DNA of 26,795 nt from a virus. Taxonomy: Duplodnaviria > Caudoviricetes. Shown here in pieces: positions 17,286 to 25,513 of the stretch; positions within the stretch are counted from its first letter, which is position 1, and every line of letters begins with the position of its first letter. Made by a program: the position numbers and the translations under genes. The stretch spans positions 1-26,795 of IMG/VR virus record IMGVR_UViG_3300006071_001396. The stretch is one strand, 5' to 3'. The notes beneath the pieces are model-generated. The model had not been told where the DNA came from. It searched no databases and saw only the letters and a list, made by a program, of their open reading frames with translations.

Positions 17286-18029
17286 TTATTCTTTAAAAAG
17301 ATCATTTAGATCAATTATATCGTACTTCGACCAATATTCATTAAAATCATTTATTGACTTTTCTATTTGCCTATAAAACTCGTTTGTTTCTTGAATTGAT
17401 GATTTTGAATAAATAAATGAAAAGATTGGCAAGCTATAAGTCTTGCATAAAGAATATACAAGCTCATCAGCTACTGGTGTTGTTATTATATTCCCACCCC
17501 TATAATCAACTATATTCCTTGAAGGATAATTATCAAGAAAAATTTTATCTTCTTTTATATAAGAATCAATTATTGATTTAGCATACTTTTTATTTATAAT
17601 ATAAGAAGCAGTAGAAAAATCCCAAAATTCTCTTTCGTGTAACTTAAAGTTTATTGATAAATCTTCTCTTGTCAAAACTGTAGTTTGTAAGCAATATAGA
17701 TCTGGGTTAAAAAAAATTAAAGTTTCAAAAAAATTAAAATTTATTTTTTTTAAATTAGACAAATTAATATCATCTTCGCAAATAAAAGCATATTCGTAAT
17801 CAGAGTTATAAAATTCTTCCATTGCTTTAATATGTGAAGCTGTACAGCCAAAATTAGGATTATCTAAAATATGAGGTAAATAATTTTCTTGATGTCCATT
17901 TATACCAGAAACTCTAATAAACTTATCTATATTATTTTCCTTAAAGTGATTTTCAACATATTCTTTTCTGTCTGTTCTTTCATCTAAATTTATATAGTAT
18001 ACTGGTAAATTTTTAAAAAAAATACTCAT
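17286..18029 (-). CDS. Glycosyltransferase, GT25-like
   Basis: YYINLDERTDR, GCTASH, FICEDD, STASYIIN..YA..II, AD. Confidence 0.8.
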   Translation of the reverse strand: MSIFFKNLPVYYINLDERTDRKEYVENHFKENNIDKFIRVSGINGHQENYLPHILDNPNFGCTASHIKAMEEFYNSDYEYAFICEDDINLSNLKKINFNFFETLIFFNPDLYCLQTTVLTREDLSINFKLHEREFWDFSTASYIINKKYAKSIIDSYIKEDKIFLDNYPSRNIVDYRGGNIITTPVADELVYSLCKTYSLPIFSFIYSKSSIQETNEFYRQIEKSINDFNEYWSKYDIIDLNDLFKE

Positions 18030-18715
18030 GTATTATCCGTATTCCTTAGATTATCTGGATCAATTAAAGATGGTATCTGCATAACATCATGTTTAATTAA
18101 ATTTATTTTTTTTGGAATAACGGAATATCCGTTTATATTGTTTTCTTGTATTAATTTAAAAATAAAGCAATCACAGGTATACTCTATCCCTCTTCTTTTT
18201 AAACATTTTAATATTTTTTTAGCACCCTTTAAAGAATATAGCATTCCAGTAGCGTTAGAATACTGATTAATTGCACTATGAATGTAATTTAATCCTAGCT
18301 CGGTTCTTTCATCCAAAGCGTTATGCTCTTTTGGATAGCCCAGTGCAAATACATCAAAATTATCTGGAAGTTCTTTTTTAACTATATTAAAATTTTCTAC
18401 AAAGTTTTCATAAAGGATTGCATCATCTTCTAGGACTAAAAGTTCTGGTAAATTATTAGATATCATATAATTAAAAATATTTATATTGCTTAACCATATA
18501 CCTAATTCTCCTGCCAAAGCTGGAAATGTTCTTCCGTCGTAAGGGCTCCAAACATCATTTCTTATTCCCATAGCACTTATAGCATCCCAAGCATTTGATT
18601 TATTTGAATCAAAAAAGGGTATATCATCAATGTAGTTAAAATCTTTTAAAAGAGCTTTTGTCTTGTTTATATTTTCTATTGCTCTATCATTTATTTTAAT
18701 TATTGTATATTCCAC
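18026..18715 (-). CDS. Glycosyltransferase, GT25-like (divergent)
   Basis: GELGIWLSN, LVLEDDA, LP.NFDVFALG, YSLKGAKKIL, CD. Confidence 0.75.
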   Translation of the reverse strand: MEYTIIKINDRAIENINKTKALLKDFNYIDDIPFFDSNKSNAWDAISAMGIRNDVWSPYDGRTFPALAGELGIWLSNINIFNYMISNNLPELLVLEDDAILYENFVENFNIVKKELPDNFDVFALGYPKEHNALDERTELGLNYIHSAINQYSNATGMLYSLKGAKKILKCLKRRGIEYTCDCFIFKLIQENNINGYSVIPKKINLIKHDVMQIPSLIDPDNLRNTDNT

Positions 18716-19770
18716 TTTAAAGGCTTTTCTGAATTTTCAAACATTTCCCGTCCAACCCTGCCTATTAAACCATCTATGGCAGCATTTGTTCTTTTTTGCC
18801 AATCGTAATCTTCTGCAACTATAGGTATCTGATTATAAAATTTTTCACTTTGAGAATCAAAATTAGAAACAACATTTTTCATAATTTCAACCATTGAATC
18901 CAAATGCGGTATGACAACATCTCCAAAACGAGTATATGTTTCAACTATATCAGATATTCCTAAATGAGATTCTATTATATTACCCTCAAAGTATTTGTCA
19001 TAAGAACACCATCTAGAAGTTGATATCACTGGCATTCCCGTCGCAAGTGCTTGAAGCGGGATTAGACCAAAGCCTTCTCCTTCTGATGGGTATATAAGTA
19101 CATCATGAAAATGAAAAAGATTAATTAATTGTTCTATAGACATATTTTCACGAATATGTCTTATATTAATTGTTTCCCATTCTCCGTGGGTTTCTAGTAC
19201 TGTCTGATCAAACCAGTCTACATTTGTTTGATCATGATGGCTATACTTAAGTGTTAATTCATAATCAATGTCATTGCCAAAAGCTTTTTTAAAAGCTTCC
19301 ACAGCTAAACTAGCTCTTTTTCTTGGAGATCCAGAATCTACATGAAGAAATCTTATCACTCCATTTTTTCCTCTTTTTTTAGGTGTCCACATAGATGAAT
19401 CTACGCCATGCTCAAAAACATGAACTTTTTCAGCTGGGACCCCAGCATTTATAAATGCATCTGCTCCAAATTGGTTTGCAGTCCACCACTCTTGATAATC
19501 TTTTGCATGGTCTACCCAATGTGGGGGTACCAAGGTTGACTCCCACTGTGTCATTTGAATTTTATATTGATGATCATAAAAAAATCCTTGAGGACTACCA
19601 TAATATAATTGAACCTGTGACTTTGGTCCATTTAAATCTAAATTTAATTTTTCATTATTATAATTATAATTTCTTAAACTTTTTTCTATTTCTTGATAAG
19701 TATAGGCATATCCAAAAAAAGAACCTGATCCTCTAACATGTGGATGTGCATACAAAGACATTCTAAACAT
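18700..19770 (-). CDS. Glycosyltransferase, GT4 (GT-B fold)
   Basis: WEST, HGVD, RFLHV...RK, YPSEGEGFGLIPLQALATGMPVI, YDW. Confidence 0.88.
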   Translation of the reverse strand: MFRMSLYAHPHVRGSGSFFGYAYTYQEIEKSLRNYNYNNEKLNLDLNGPKSQVQLYYGSPQGFFYDHQYKIQMTQWESTLVPPHWVDHAKDYQEWWTANQFGADAFINAGVPAEKVHVFEHGVDSSMWTPKKRGKNGVIRFLHVDSGSPRKRASLAVEAFKKAFGNDIDYELTLKYSHHDQTNVDWFDQTVLETHGEWETINIRHIRENMSIEQLINLFHFHDVLIYPSEGEGFGLIPLQALATGMPVISTSRWCSYDKYFEGNIIESHLGISDIVETYTRFGDVVIPHLDSMVEIMKNVVSNFDSQSEKFYNQIPIVAEDYDWQKRTNAAIDGLIGRVGREMFENSEKPLKWNIQ

Positions 19771-19787
19771 ATTACCCCTTTAAGATA

Positions 19788-19796
19788 ATTATATCA
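19788..19796 (-). promoter_or_regulatory. Putative extended -10 promoter (TGATATAAT) for the glycosylation operon
   Basis: Perfect TGnTATAAT just after the terminator, followed by AAGGGG and the ATG at 19770. Confidence 0.65.
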
Positions 19797-19803
19797 TTAT
19801 ATA

Positions 19804-19833
19804 AAAAAATAGAGGGTTTCCCCTCTATTTTTT
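19804..19833. terminator. Intrinsic terminator, potentially bidirectional
   Basis: AAAAAATAGAGGG-TTTC-CCCTCTATTTTTT perfect inverted repeat (GAAA loop on the minus strand) downstream of 19849..20634. Confidence 0.85.
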
Positions 19834-19848
19834 ATATATTTTTATATA

Positions 19849-20634
19849 TTAATAAATTGACCATCCACCTGTTGTAACTTTAAATTCAGGGTAATTGTGA
19901 TCATGACTACCATCAACACTCCAGTCAAAGAAAACAGTATTATGTCCATTATATGTAAATCCACCAGAAGTTAATATTGTATATGATCCGTCTGCAACTC
20001 CATACGAAGACAAACCTCTTATATAAACATTTTTCCCATTTGCTGCACCATTTTGATAAGGTGTAATATTGGTTATAGCTTTTGATGCTATTTCAATAGA
20101 TGCATTTGATGTTGTTCCAGGGATATTTGAACTTACGCCGAAAACCTGATAATCTGATGCAGCTACTTTTGAAAAATCAAGATCTGCAAAAGAGTTAGAC
20201 TCAGTACCATAAACTTTTACATCTAAAGTGTTGACGGAAGAAGGTAAAACAACAACTTTTTCTCCAACAATTAAAACTTGTGTTGATATAACATCATGAC
20301 TTGCCATATTCCCAAGCGATTGATCCCAAAGTGTACTATTTGCTTGAGATAATGTTTCTCCATTATTTAAAATTGCAAGGTCATAAGTAATTGGAGTTGC
20401 ATGAGTATTATTTAAAGATATCTTTTGCAAATTTGTAATTTTACCTGCAGGAACTTGATAAACAGATACTGGTGCTAATGTTTCTGCTGTACCACCATTG
20501 TTTACACCTGTAGTACTTGTATAATAATAATATGAATATCCTGAAATTGGCACCAATGTGTATCCGATGGTTTTGTCTGCCAATAGTGAGAATCCTGTGG
20601 ATTTACTTTCATTTCCAATTCCGATTAAAAACAT
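19849..20634 (-). CDS. Hypothetical beta-rich protein, probably virion-associated
   Basis: 261 aa, Ser/Thr/Tyr/Gly rich, SD-like AAGGA. Flanked by terminators. Confidence 0.6.
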   Translation of the reverse strand: MFLIGIGNESKSTGFSLLADKTIGYTLVPISGYSYYYYTSTTGVNNGGTAETLAPVSVYQVPAGKITNLQKISLNNTHATPITYDLAILNNGETLSQANSTLWDQSLGNMASHDVISTQVLIVGEKVVVLPSSVNTLDVKVYGTESNSFADLDFSKVAASDYQVFGVSSNIPGTTSNASIEIASKAITNITPYQNGAANGKNVYIRGLSSYGVADGSYTILTSGGFTYNGHNTVFFDWSVDGSHDHNYPEFKVTTGGWSIY

Positions 20635-20696
20635 GTTTTTTCCTTTTCGTTGTTTATAATGGTCTTAAATTTTGTCTGCAGACAACCACTATACTA

Positions 20697-20716
20697 ATTA
20701 TAATTGTATTTTATCA
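20697..20716 (-). promoter_or_regulatory. Putative promoter(s): TGATAAAAT and TATAAT in tandem
   Basis: Both lie between the terminator at 20729-20753 and the start at 20634. Confidence 0.45.
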
Positions 20717-20723
20717 TAATATT

Positions 20724-20757
20724 AGTAAGGGCGGGAGTTTTTAATTCCCGCCCCACT
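20724..20757 (-). terminator. GC-rich hairpin, likely terminator
   Basis: GGGCGGGA-N9-TCCCGCCC just after the stop of 20766..22652; weak U-tail. Confidence 0.7.
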
Positions 20758-20765
20758 ATTTAACT

Positions 20766-22652
20766 TTAGACTGTTGCCATATTTGAAGCCATACCATAAA
20801 CAGCGTATGTGCCAGAACCAGAAACATTTACAGACAATGCGTTGCCTGAGAATGAAACTGTTGCAGAAAGAGCACCAGTAGTTGCAGAATCAACGATACC
20901 GTACTCTGTCCAAACTGGAGCAGCTCCACCGTTGAATACGGCGGTAAGCTTAGAAGTACGTGAATTTCCTGCAGTATCAACAATATTCAATAGAATATCA
21001 GATGCTACTGTACCCGATGCAAAGGTATAAAGCGATTGTGCTGAACCCATAGCATATGTGCTGGTAACTTTGTTACCAAACAATACTGTCTCAGCCTTGA
21101 TGCCTTCAGCAACATCTGTAAGAGATACAGAGTTGATGATAACATCTGGGTCAAGAGCAATGGTAGTTCCTGTGATTGTAATACCATTACCAGCTGTTAG
21201 GGTGTCTTGCTTACCGCCCAATGCGAGGGTAATTGTAGAAGCATACGATGCATCATCATTGATAGCTGTTGCCAACTTGTTAAGTGTATCAAGTGCTGTT
21301 GGAGCATTATCAACCAAGTTATTTATAGCATTTGTGATATCAGTTGGTGTTGCATATGTGCTTGAAGCAGATGATTGTGTCAAGTATGTGCTTGAAGCAT
21401 CTGATTGTGTCAAGTATGTACTTGAGGCATCAGAAGTTGTAAGGTATGAACCCAAAGAAGATTGAGTTGCATATGTGATTGAGGCATCAGACTGTGTCAA
21501 GTATGTTGATGAAGCGTCAGAGCTTGTCAAGTATGTGCTTGAGGCAGATGATTGTGTCAAGTATGTGCTTGAGGCATCAGACTGGGTCAAGTATGTTGAC
21601 GAAGCATCTGATGTTGTAAGGTAACCAGAAAGGTCTATAGAAAGAGCTCCACTAGTAACCGAAAGAGGTGAGTTTACAGAAGTAATGTATCCAAGTCCTG
21701 AGATATCACCAAATGTTGCAACCTTGTTATCAGATGATACTGAACCAACATATACATAGTCGCCAACGGCGGGTTGCAAAACAATGTTTGCACTACCAGT
21801 AACAGTAAAGTCACCAGAACCAGAAACATCAATCTGATCTACAGAAATTGTAGTATTCAGAGTAAGTTCAGTTCCACTTACAGTAAAGTTAGAATCTGTA
21901 GACTGGATATATTGACCAGAAGATGTAATGAAACCAGATAGGTCAGAAGTTTTAGCAAAACCATCAGTAACAAGTTGTGACTCAAGTGATGAAAGATTTA
22001 AATCAATATATGTAGAAGCTCCTGAGACTGCCTCTATATATGTTGATCCTCCAGTTATTTCTGAAGATATTGCTGAAGCACTTGGAATATCTGAAGTTTT
22101 AGCATATCCGTCTGTTGTTAACTGTGTTTCAAGAGTTGATAGATTTACATCAATTGTATTTCCAGAAGCTTGAATATAAGTTGATCCACTTGCAAGATCT
22201 GAAACAAATGTTGAAGGATTTATCTGAAGTTCTCCACCACTTACTCCACCACTTACTATGAAGTCACCCGAAACAGATGTAATATAATTTACTGGAAGAT
22301 TCGAGCTATTATAAAAACCATCAGTAACAAGTTGTGACTCAAGTGATGAAAGATTAATATTAAGCTGTGTTCCAGAATTTGTAATGAAGTTAGAGCCAGA
22401 TGCTAAATCATTAGCAACGCCAGACTCATCAAGAGAAAGTACTCCCATTCCATCAACAGAAAGGTTTCCACTTACAGATGTAATATATGCAGGTGGGATT
22501 GAAATGGCAGCAATTGCATCAGAAACAAATGTTTGAGTTGCAAGAATATCGCCATTAAATTTGAGAACTGGTACTGTTGAAACTACTGCTGATTCTACAG
22601 CATAGCCATTAAGTACAAGATTCTCACTTAATTGAAAATTTACTTGTGACAT
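20766..22652 (-). CDS. Ser/Thr-rich repetitive fibre protein
   Basis: AINNLVDNAPTALDTLNKLATAINDD fibre motif, KQDTLTAGNGITI motif, 10-aa YLTQSDASST repeats, three NLSSLESQLVTDG-type repeats. Confidence 0.78.
   Translation of the reverse strand: MSQVNFQLSENLVLNGYAVESAVVSTVPVLKFNGDILATQTFVSDAIAAISIPPAYITSVSGNLSVDGMGVLSLDESGVANDLASGSNFITNSGTQLNINLSSLESQLVTDGFYNSSNLPVNYITSVSGDFIVSGGVSGGELQINPSTFVSDLASGSTYIQASGNTIDVNLSTLETQLTTDGYAKTSDIPSASAISSEITGGSTYIEAVSGASTYIDLNLSSLESQLVTDGFAKTSDLSGFITSSGQYIQSTDSNFTVSGTELTLNTTISVDQIDVSGSGDFTVTGSANIVLQPAVGDYVYVGSVSSDNKVATFGDISGLGYITSVNSPLSVTSGALSIDLSGYLTTSDASSTYLTQSDASSTYLTQSSASSTYLTSSDASSTYLTQSDASITYATQSSLGSYLTTSDASSTYLTQSDASSTYLTQSSASSTYATPTDITNAINNLVDNAPTALDTLNKLATAINDDASYASTITLALGGKQDTLTAGNGITITGTTIALDPDVIINSVSLTDVAEGIKAETVLFGNKVTSTYAMGSAQSLYTFASGTVASDILLNIVDTAGNSRTSKLTAVFNGGAAPVWTEYGIVDSATTGALSATVSFSGNALSVNVSGSGTYAVYGMASNMATV
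21349..21629. repeat. About nine degenerate 30-nt tandem repeats encoding YLT(Q/T/S)S(D/S)ASST
   Basis: Repeated tgtcaagtatgtgcttga(a/g)gca-type units, in frame with the fibre gene. Confidence 0.85.
21957..22355. repeat. 42-nt exact direct repeat within the fibre gene
   Basis: aaaaccatcagtaacaagttgtgactcaagtgatgaaagatt at 21957-21998 and 22314-22355. Confidence 0.85.
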
Positions 22653-22690
22653 GTCGTTATTTTATCCTTTTTGTAAATAATGCTTTAAAT

Positions 22691-23080
22691 TTAGGCTATC
22701 GTTGTTCGAACAAATGTAACCTGAGCATTATTTGTATTGGCATCTGATATTTGAATTGTTAATTGACCAGAGGATCCGTTTTTAATAGCATCAATTGACA
22801 GACCATTTATCTTCCCGCCGAGTTCAATTATACTATACTCTGTATAATAAAACAAAGTATGATCTGTAACAATCATTATTTTTGATGAACGAATTTTTGA
22901 ACCTTGTTTTATTTGTAAGATATATTCAAGTGTTGTATATTCTGTAGCTTGCCATTGATCTAAAACATTGTTATTGTTTGAAGATAAAGATGTTGTTACT
23001 GGCGGAGTTACACCAGCTCCCGCCAGTCCTTGGGGACCTCTAGCACCTTTAGCACGTACTACAATAACATTTTGTGCCAT
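22691..23080 (-). CDS. Small putative structural protein
   Basis: Short GARGPQGLAG collagen stub plus a beta domain resembling the C-terminus of 20766..22652. TAATG coupling to the upstream gene. Confidence 0.6.
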   Translation of the reverse strand: MAQNVIVVRAKGARGPQGLAGAGVTPPVTTSLSSNNNNVLDQWQATEYTTLEYILQIKQGSKIRSSKIMIVTDHTLFYYTEYSIIELGGKINGLSIDAIKNGSSGQLTIQISDANTNNAQVTFVRTTIA

Positions 23081-23436
23081 TAAATTAAACCTTCGCTAAC
23101 TTCAAACCAACCTTGTAAAAATAAAATATTTTCTCCGTATTGATCTGTTCCTAAAATTTCATATGCTGCACGGGGGTAGTTAAAAACTCTTGTTCTTTCT
23201 GAAGAAATAAATATATCCATAATTCCAGATATTGGGTCAGATACCGTAATGCCATCATTAATTGTTAGCCTTGCACATAAAACATTTCCGCCAGGCTTAT
23301 CTTTTATTTCCATTACAACATTTATATCTGTAATATCTATAGGGTTCTCGTCTGGATCTTGGTACTGCAATTCAAGAAGGAAGGTTTCCCCCTGAGTGAC
23401 TCTCCAATTTATTGGTTCATCTGAAGTTACAGACAT
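23080..23436 (-). CDS. Small putative structural/adaptor protein (BppU-like beta sandwich); ATG start at 23436 preferred
   Basis: QGETF.L.L.Y.D....PIDIT....MEIK...G.MDIFIS...T....YEI...QGWFEV pattern. Confidence 0.55.
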   Translation of the reverse strand: MSVTSDEPINWRVTQGETFLLELQYQDPDENPIDITDINVVMEIKDKPGGNVLCARLTINDGITVSDPISGIMDIFISSERTRVFNYPRAAYEILGTDQYGENILFLQGWFEVSEGLI

Positions 23437-23483
23437 CAAATCCAACTAACACTAGTTACTATCCCGCAGGCTTAGTAAATTTT

Positions 23484-23492
23484 ATTATAGCA
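23484..23492 (-). promoter_or_regulatory. Putative extended -10 promoter (TGCTATAAT)
   Basis: Perfect TGnTATAAT in the gap after the RNR stop. Confidence 0.65.
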
Positions 23493-23518
23493 TTTTAAGC
23501 TCTAAATCCGTAGAAAAA

Positions 23519-25450
23519 CTACTGATTTATATCAACAATTTCACATTCTCCAGACACGCAGGCAAGGGCCTGAGTACCCGTTGTGGAGTCTTCAAGCTCA
23601 TACATAGAAAGTGCTGCCCAGTTTATGGTTTTAGGCATTTTTGCCGTTAGTGATTCGTAGCTTGCTTTGTCAATTTCTTGGTACGGAGCCTGGACATAAG
23701 TATGCTCTGAGTATGGCAGGAATGAGATACCCGAAACCTCGTCAAAGTGCTTATATACCCAAGCACCAACTTCCATCCATTCATCCTCTTTAACCGATAC
23801 GGTAATAGAAGGCTTATGTTCACACCAATGTCTCTGGTAGGTTAACCATACTTCAAGCTGTTGAATAGCTGTAAGCTTATCTCTAGTAATGGCATGTGCT
23901 GGAGCTTTTACTGGGAATGAAAATACAGAAGTTGAATCTGGCTTCATAACATCATCTTCAGTAGGAATTCCAGAGTCAACTAGGAATTGAGTAATTGGAT
24001 CTTTTTTATCCCCCCGAACTGTACGAATATAATAATCTGAATGCCATGGATGCATTCCTGAAGAAACCCCGACCAATTGGGACACTGTGCCCGAAGGCTT
24101 AACGCAAGTTACTGCTGCCGAGGCGGGAATCCCAATTTTCTCTGCCTCTACAATATTAACATCTACTGCCCATTGACGAAGATGGCTTAGAATATCTCCA
24201 AGCTTATCTAAACCTTCTTGTCCAGAAAAGAACTTATGTCCAAACTGTCCAGTAAGAGAAACTCCAAGTAAACGCTCTTCTTCTGTATTGTCCTTCCAAA
24301 TCTTACGGATATATTTAAAGTCTGTAAGAGTTGATTGCCAAGTCCCTAAAATAGATGCAAGACGTACTTTGTTTGTAACATCTTCAACTGTGTCTGTTTC
24401 ACGCAAAACAACTTCTGACAAATTACAGAATTGATATGGACGCAAAATAATTTCAGAACATGGGTTTGTACCATAATGAATGTCTGGGCTACGACGACCA
24501 TACTTTGCTGCTTGAGCTTGTGCTGCTGCAACATTGTAAATTCCACGCTCTCCAGATTTAGAATCATAAAGAGATTTCCATTCAGCAATAAATTGTGCCA
24601 TATCTGGTTTTCGAGAATAAGCTACAGAGTTATTAGATAAAGCACGTTGTCCATTTGACTCCCACCAATTTCCAGACTTAGCGGCTGCCATTTCAATATC
24701 ATTAATATTAGAAAGCGAAATCATTGCAGAACGACGTACTCCTCCAACAACAACCACTTCTCCAATTTTACACATAATATCATGAGCTTCAATTGGCTTT
24801 AAATTACGACCCAATGCTCCCTTAAAGATCTGAACAGTAAAATCAAAAAGATTTACTAATGGTTGTGGACCTGACGAACGCCCGCCCATTGTTTTTAAAC
24901 GTGCTCCTGCTGGACGAACCTTACTTACATCAATCTGAGGAATCTGTCCTGCCCAAAGTAGCGAAAGAAATTCACGATAAGCTTTTGCCCATCCTTCTTT
25001 TGAATCTCCAACGATTACTACTGTAGAAGATTTCTCTAATGTTTCAGGAAGAGCGGGGAGCTTATTAATATACTTATACTCAACAGAGAATCCAACACCC
25101 GTACCGCACATGAGAATATACATTGCTTCATCAAATGATCTAGCATTATCAACTGGAAGAAATGCACAGTTATACCCAGAAACATTTTCTCTTTCCAACG
25201 CTGGTCCAGCAGTCATGACACTTCTCATAGATGGCATAACATTTCTGTTAAAAACAGCATCACGAAGTTCTGCGACAACTTTCGCATCTGGTTTGTAATT
25301 ATGTTTTACTTCAAGTTGATTAACCATAAAGTTAAAGTAACGGTCTACTGTTTCACCCCAAGTCTCACGGCGGGACTCTGGCTCTATCCATCTCGCATAA
25401 CGAGATAAAGCGATAAAGTTTTCATATGGGTTTTCAATTGTATTAGACAT
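23519..25450 (-). CDS. nrdJ: Class II adenosylcobalamin-dependent ribonucleotide reductase (monomeric RTPR-like)
   Basis: RRETW.ETV.R, YNC, GTGVGFS, GGVRRSA, TNPCSE, CNL, CVKPSGT and C-terminal ACVSGECE redox pair. No beta-subunit gene adjacent. SD AAGGAG. Confidence 0.93.
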   Translation of the reverse strand: MSNTIENPYENFIALSRYARWIEPESRRETWGETVDRYFNFMVNQLEVKHNYKPDAKVVAELRDAVFNRNVMPSMRSVMTAGPALERENVSGYNCAFLPVDNARSFDEAMYILMCGTGVGFSVEYKYINKLPALPETLEKSSTVVIVGDSKEGWAKAYREFLSLLWAGQIPQIDVSKVRPAGARLKTMGGRSSGPQPLVNLFDFTVQIFKGALGRNLKPIEAHDIMCKIGEVVVVGGVRRSAMISLSNINDIEMAAAKSGNWWESNGQRALSNNSVAYSRKPDMAQFIAEWKSLYDSKSGERGIYNVAAAQAQAAKYGRRSPDIHYGTNPCSEIILRPYQFCNLSEVVLRETDTVEDVTNKVRLASILGTWQSTLTDFKYIRKIWKDNTEEERLLGVSLTGQFGHKFFSGQEGLDKLGDILSHLRQWAVDVNIVEAEKIGIPASAAVTCVKPSGTVSQLVGVSSGMHPWHSDYYIRTVRGDKKDPITQFLVDSGIPTEDDVMKPDSTSVFSFPVKAPAHAITRDKLTAIQQLEVWLTYQRHWCEHKPSITVSVKEDEWMEVGAWVYKHFDEVSGISFLPYSEHTYVQAPYQEIDKASYESLTAKMPKTINWAALSMYELEDSTTGTQALACVSGECEIVDINQ

Positions 25451-25480
25451 GTTACTCCTTGTTTTTTGGGATAGAGATTA

Positions 25481-25510
25481 AGTGTACCACATTGATTTTT
25501 TTAAAATCAA
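25481..25510 (-). promoter_or_regulatory. Putative promoter TTGATT-N18-TACACT (TGG extension) for nrdJ
   Basis: Hexamers and spacing seen. An inverted repeat TTGATTTT-N3-AAAATCAA (25492-25510) overlaps the -35 and spacer. Confidence 0.6.
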
Positions 25511-25513
25511 GTT

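Noticed and set aside
15932-19770. Bacterial chromosomal O-antigen/capsule locus
   Set aside because: No flippase, polymerase, or rmlA/C/D genes; embedded among phage virion genes with the same promoter style.
21349-21629. 30-nt periodic repeats resembling a CRISPR array
   Set aside because: No unique spacers, degenerate at synonymous positions, in frame within a fibre gene, and no cas genes.
23519-25450. Intein or intron in nrdJ; class I assignment
   Set aside because: ORF is continuous at a compact 643 aa with no insertion evident; C-terminal CxxxxC and no adjacent beta subunit fit class II.
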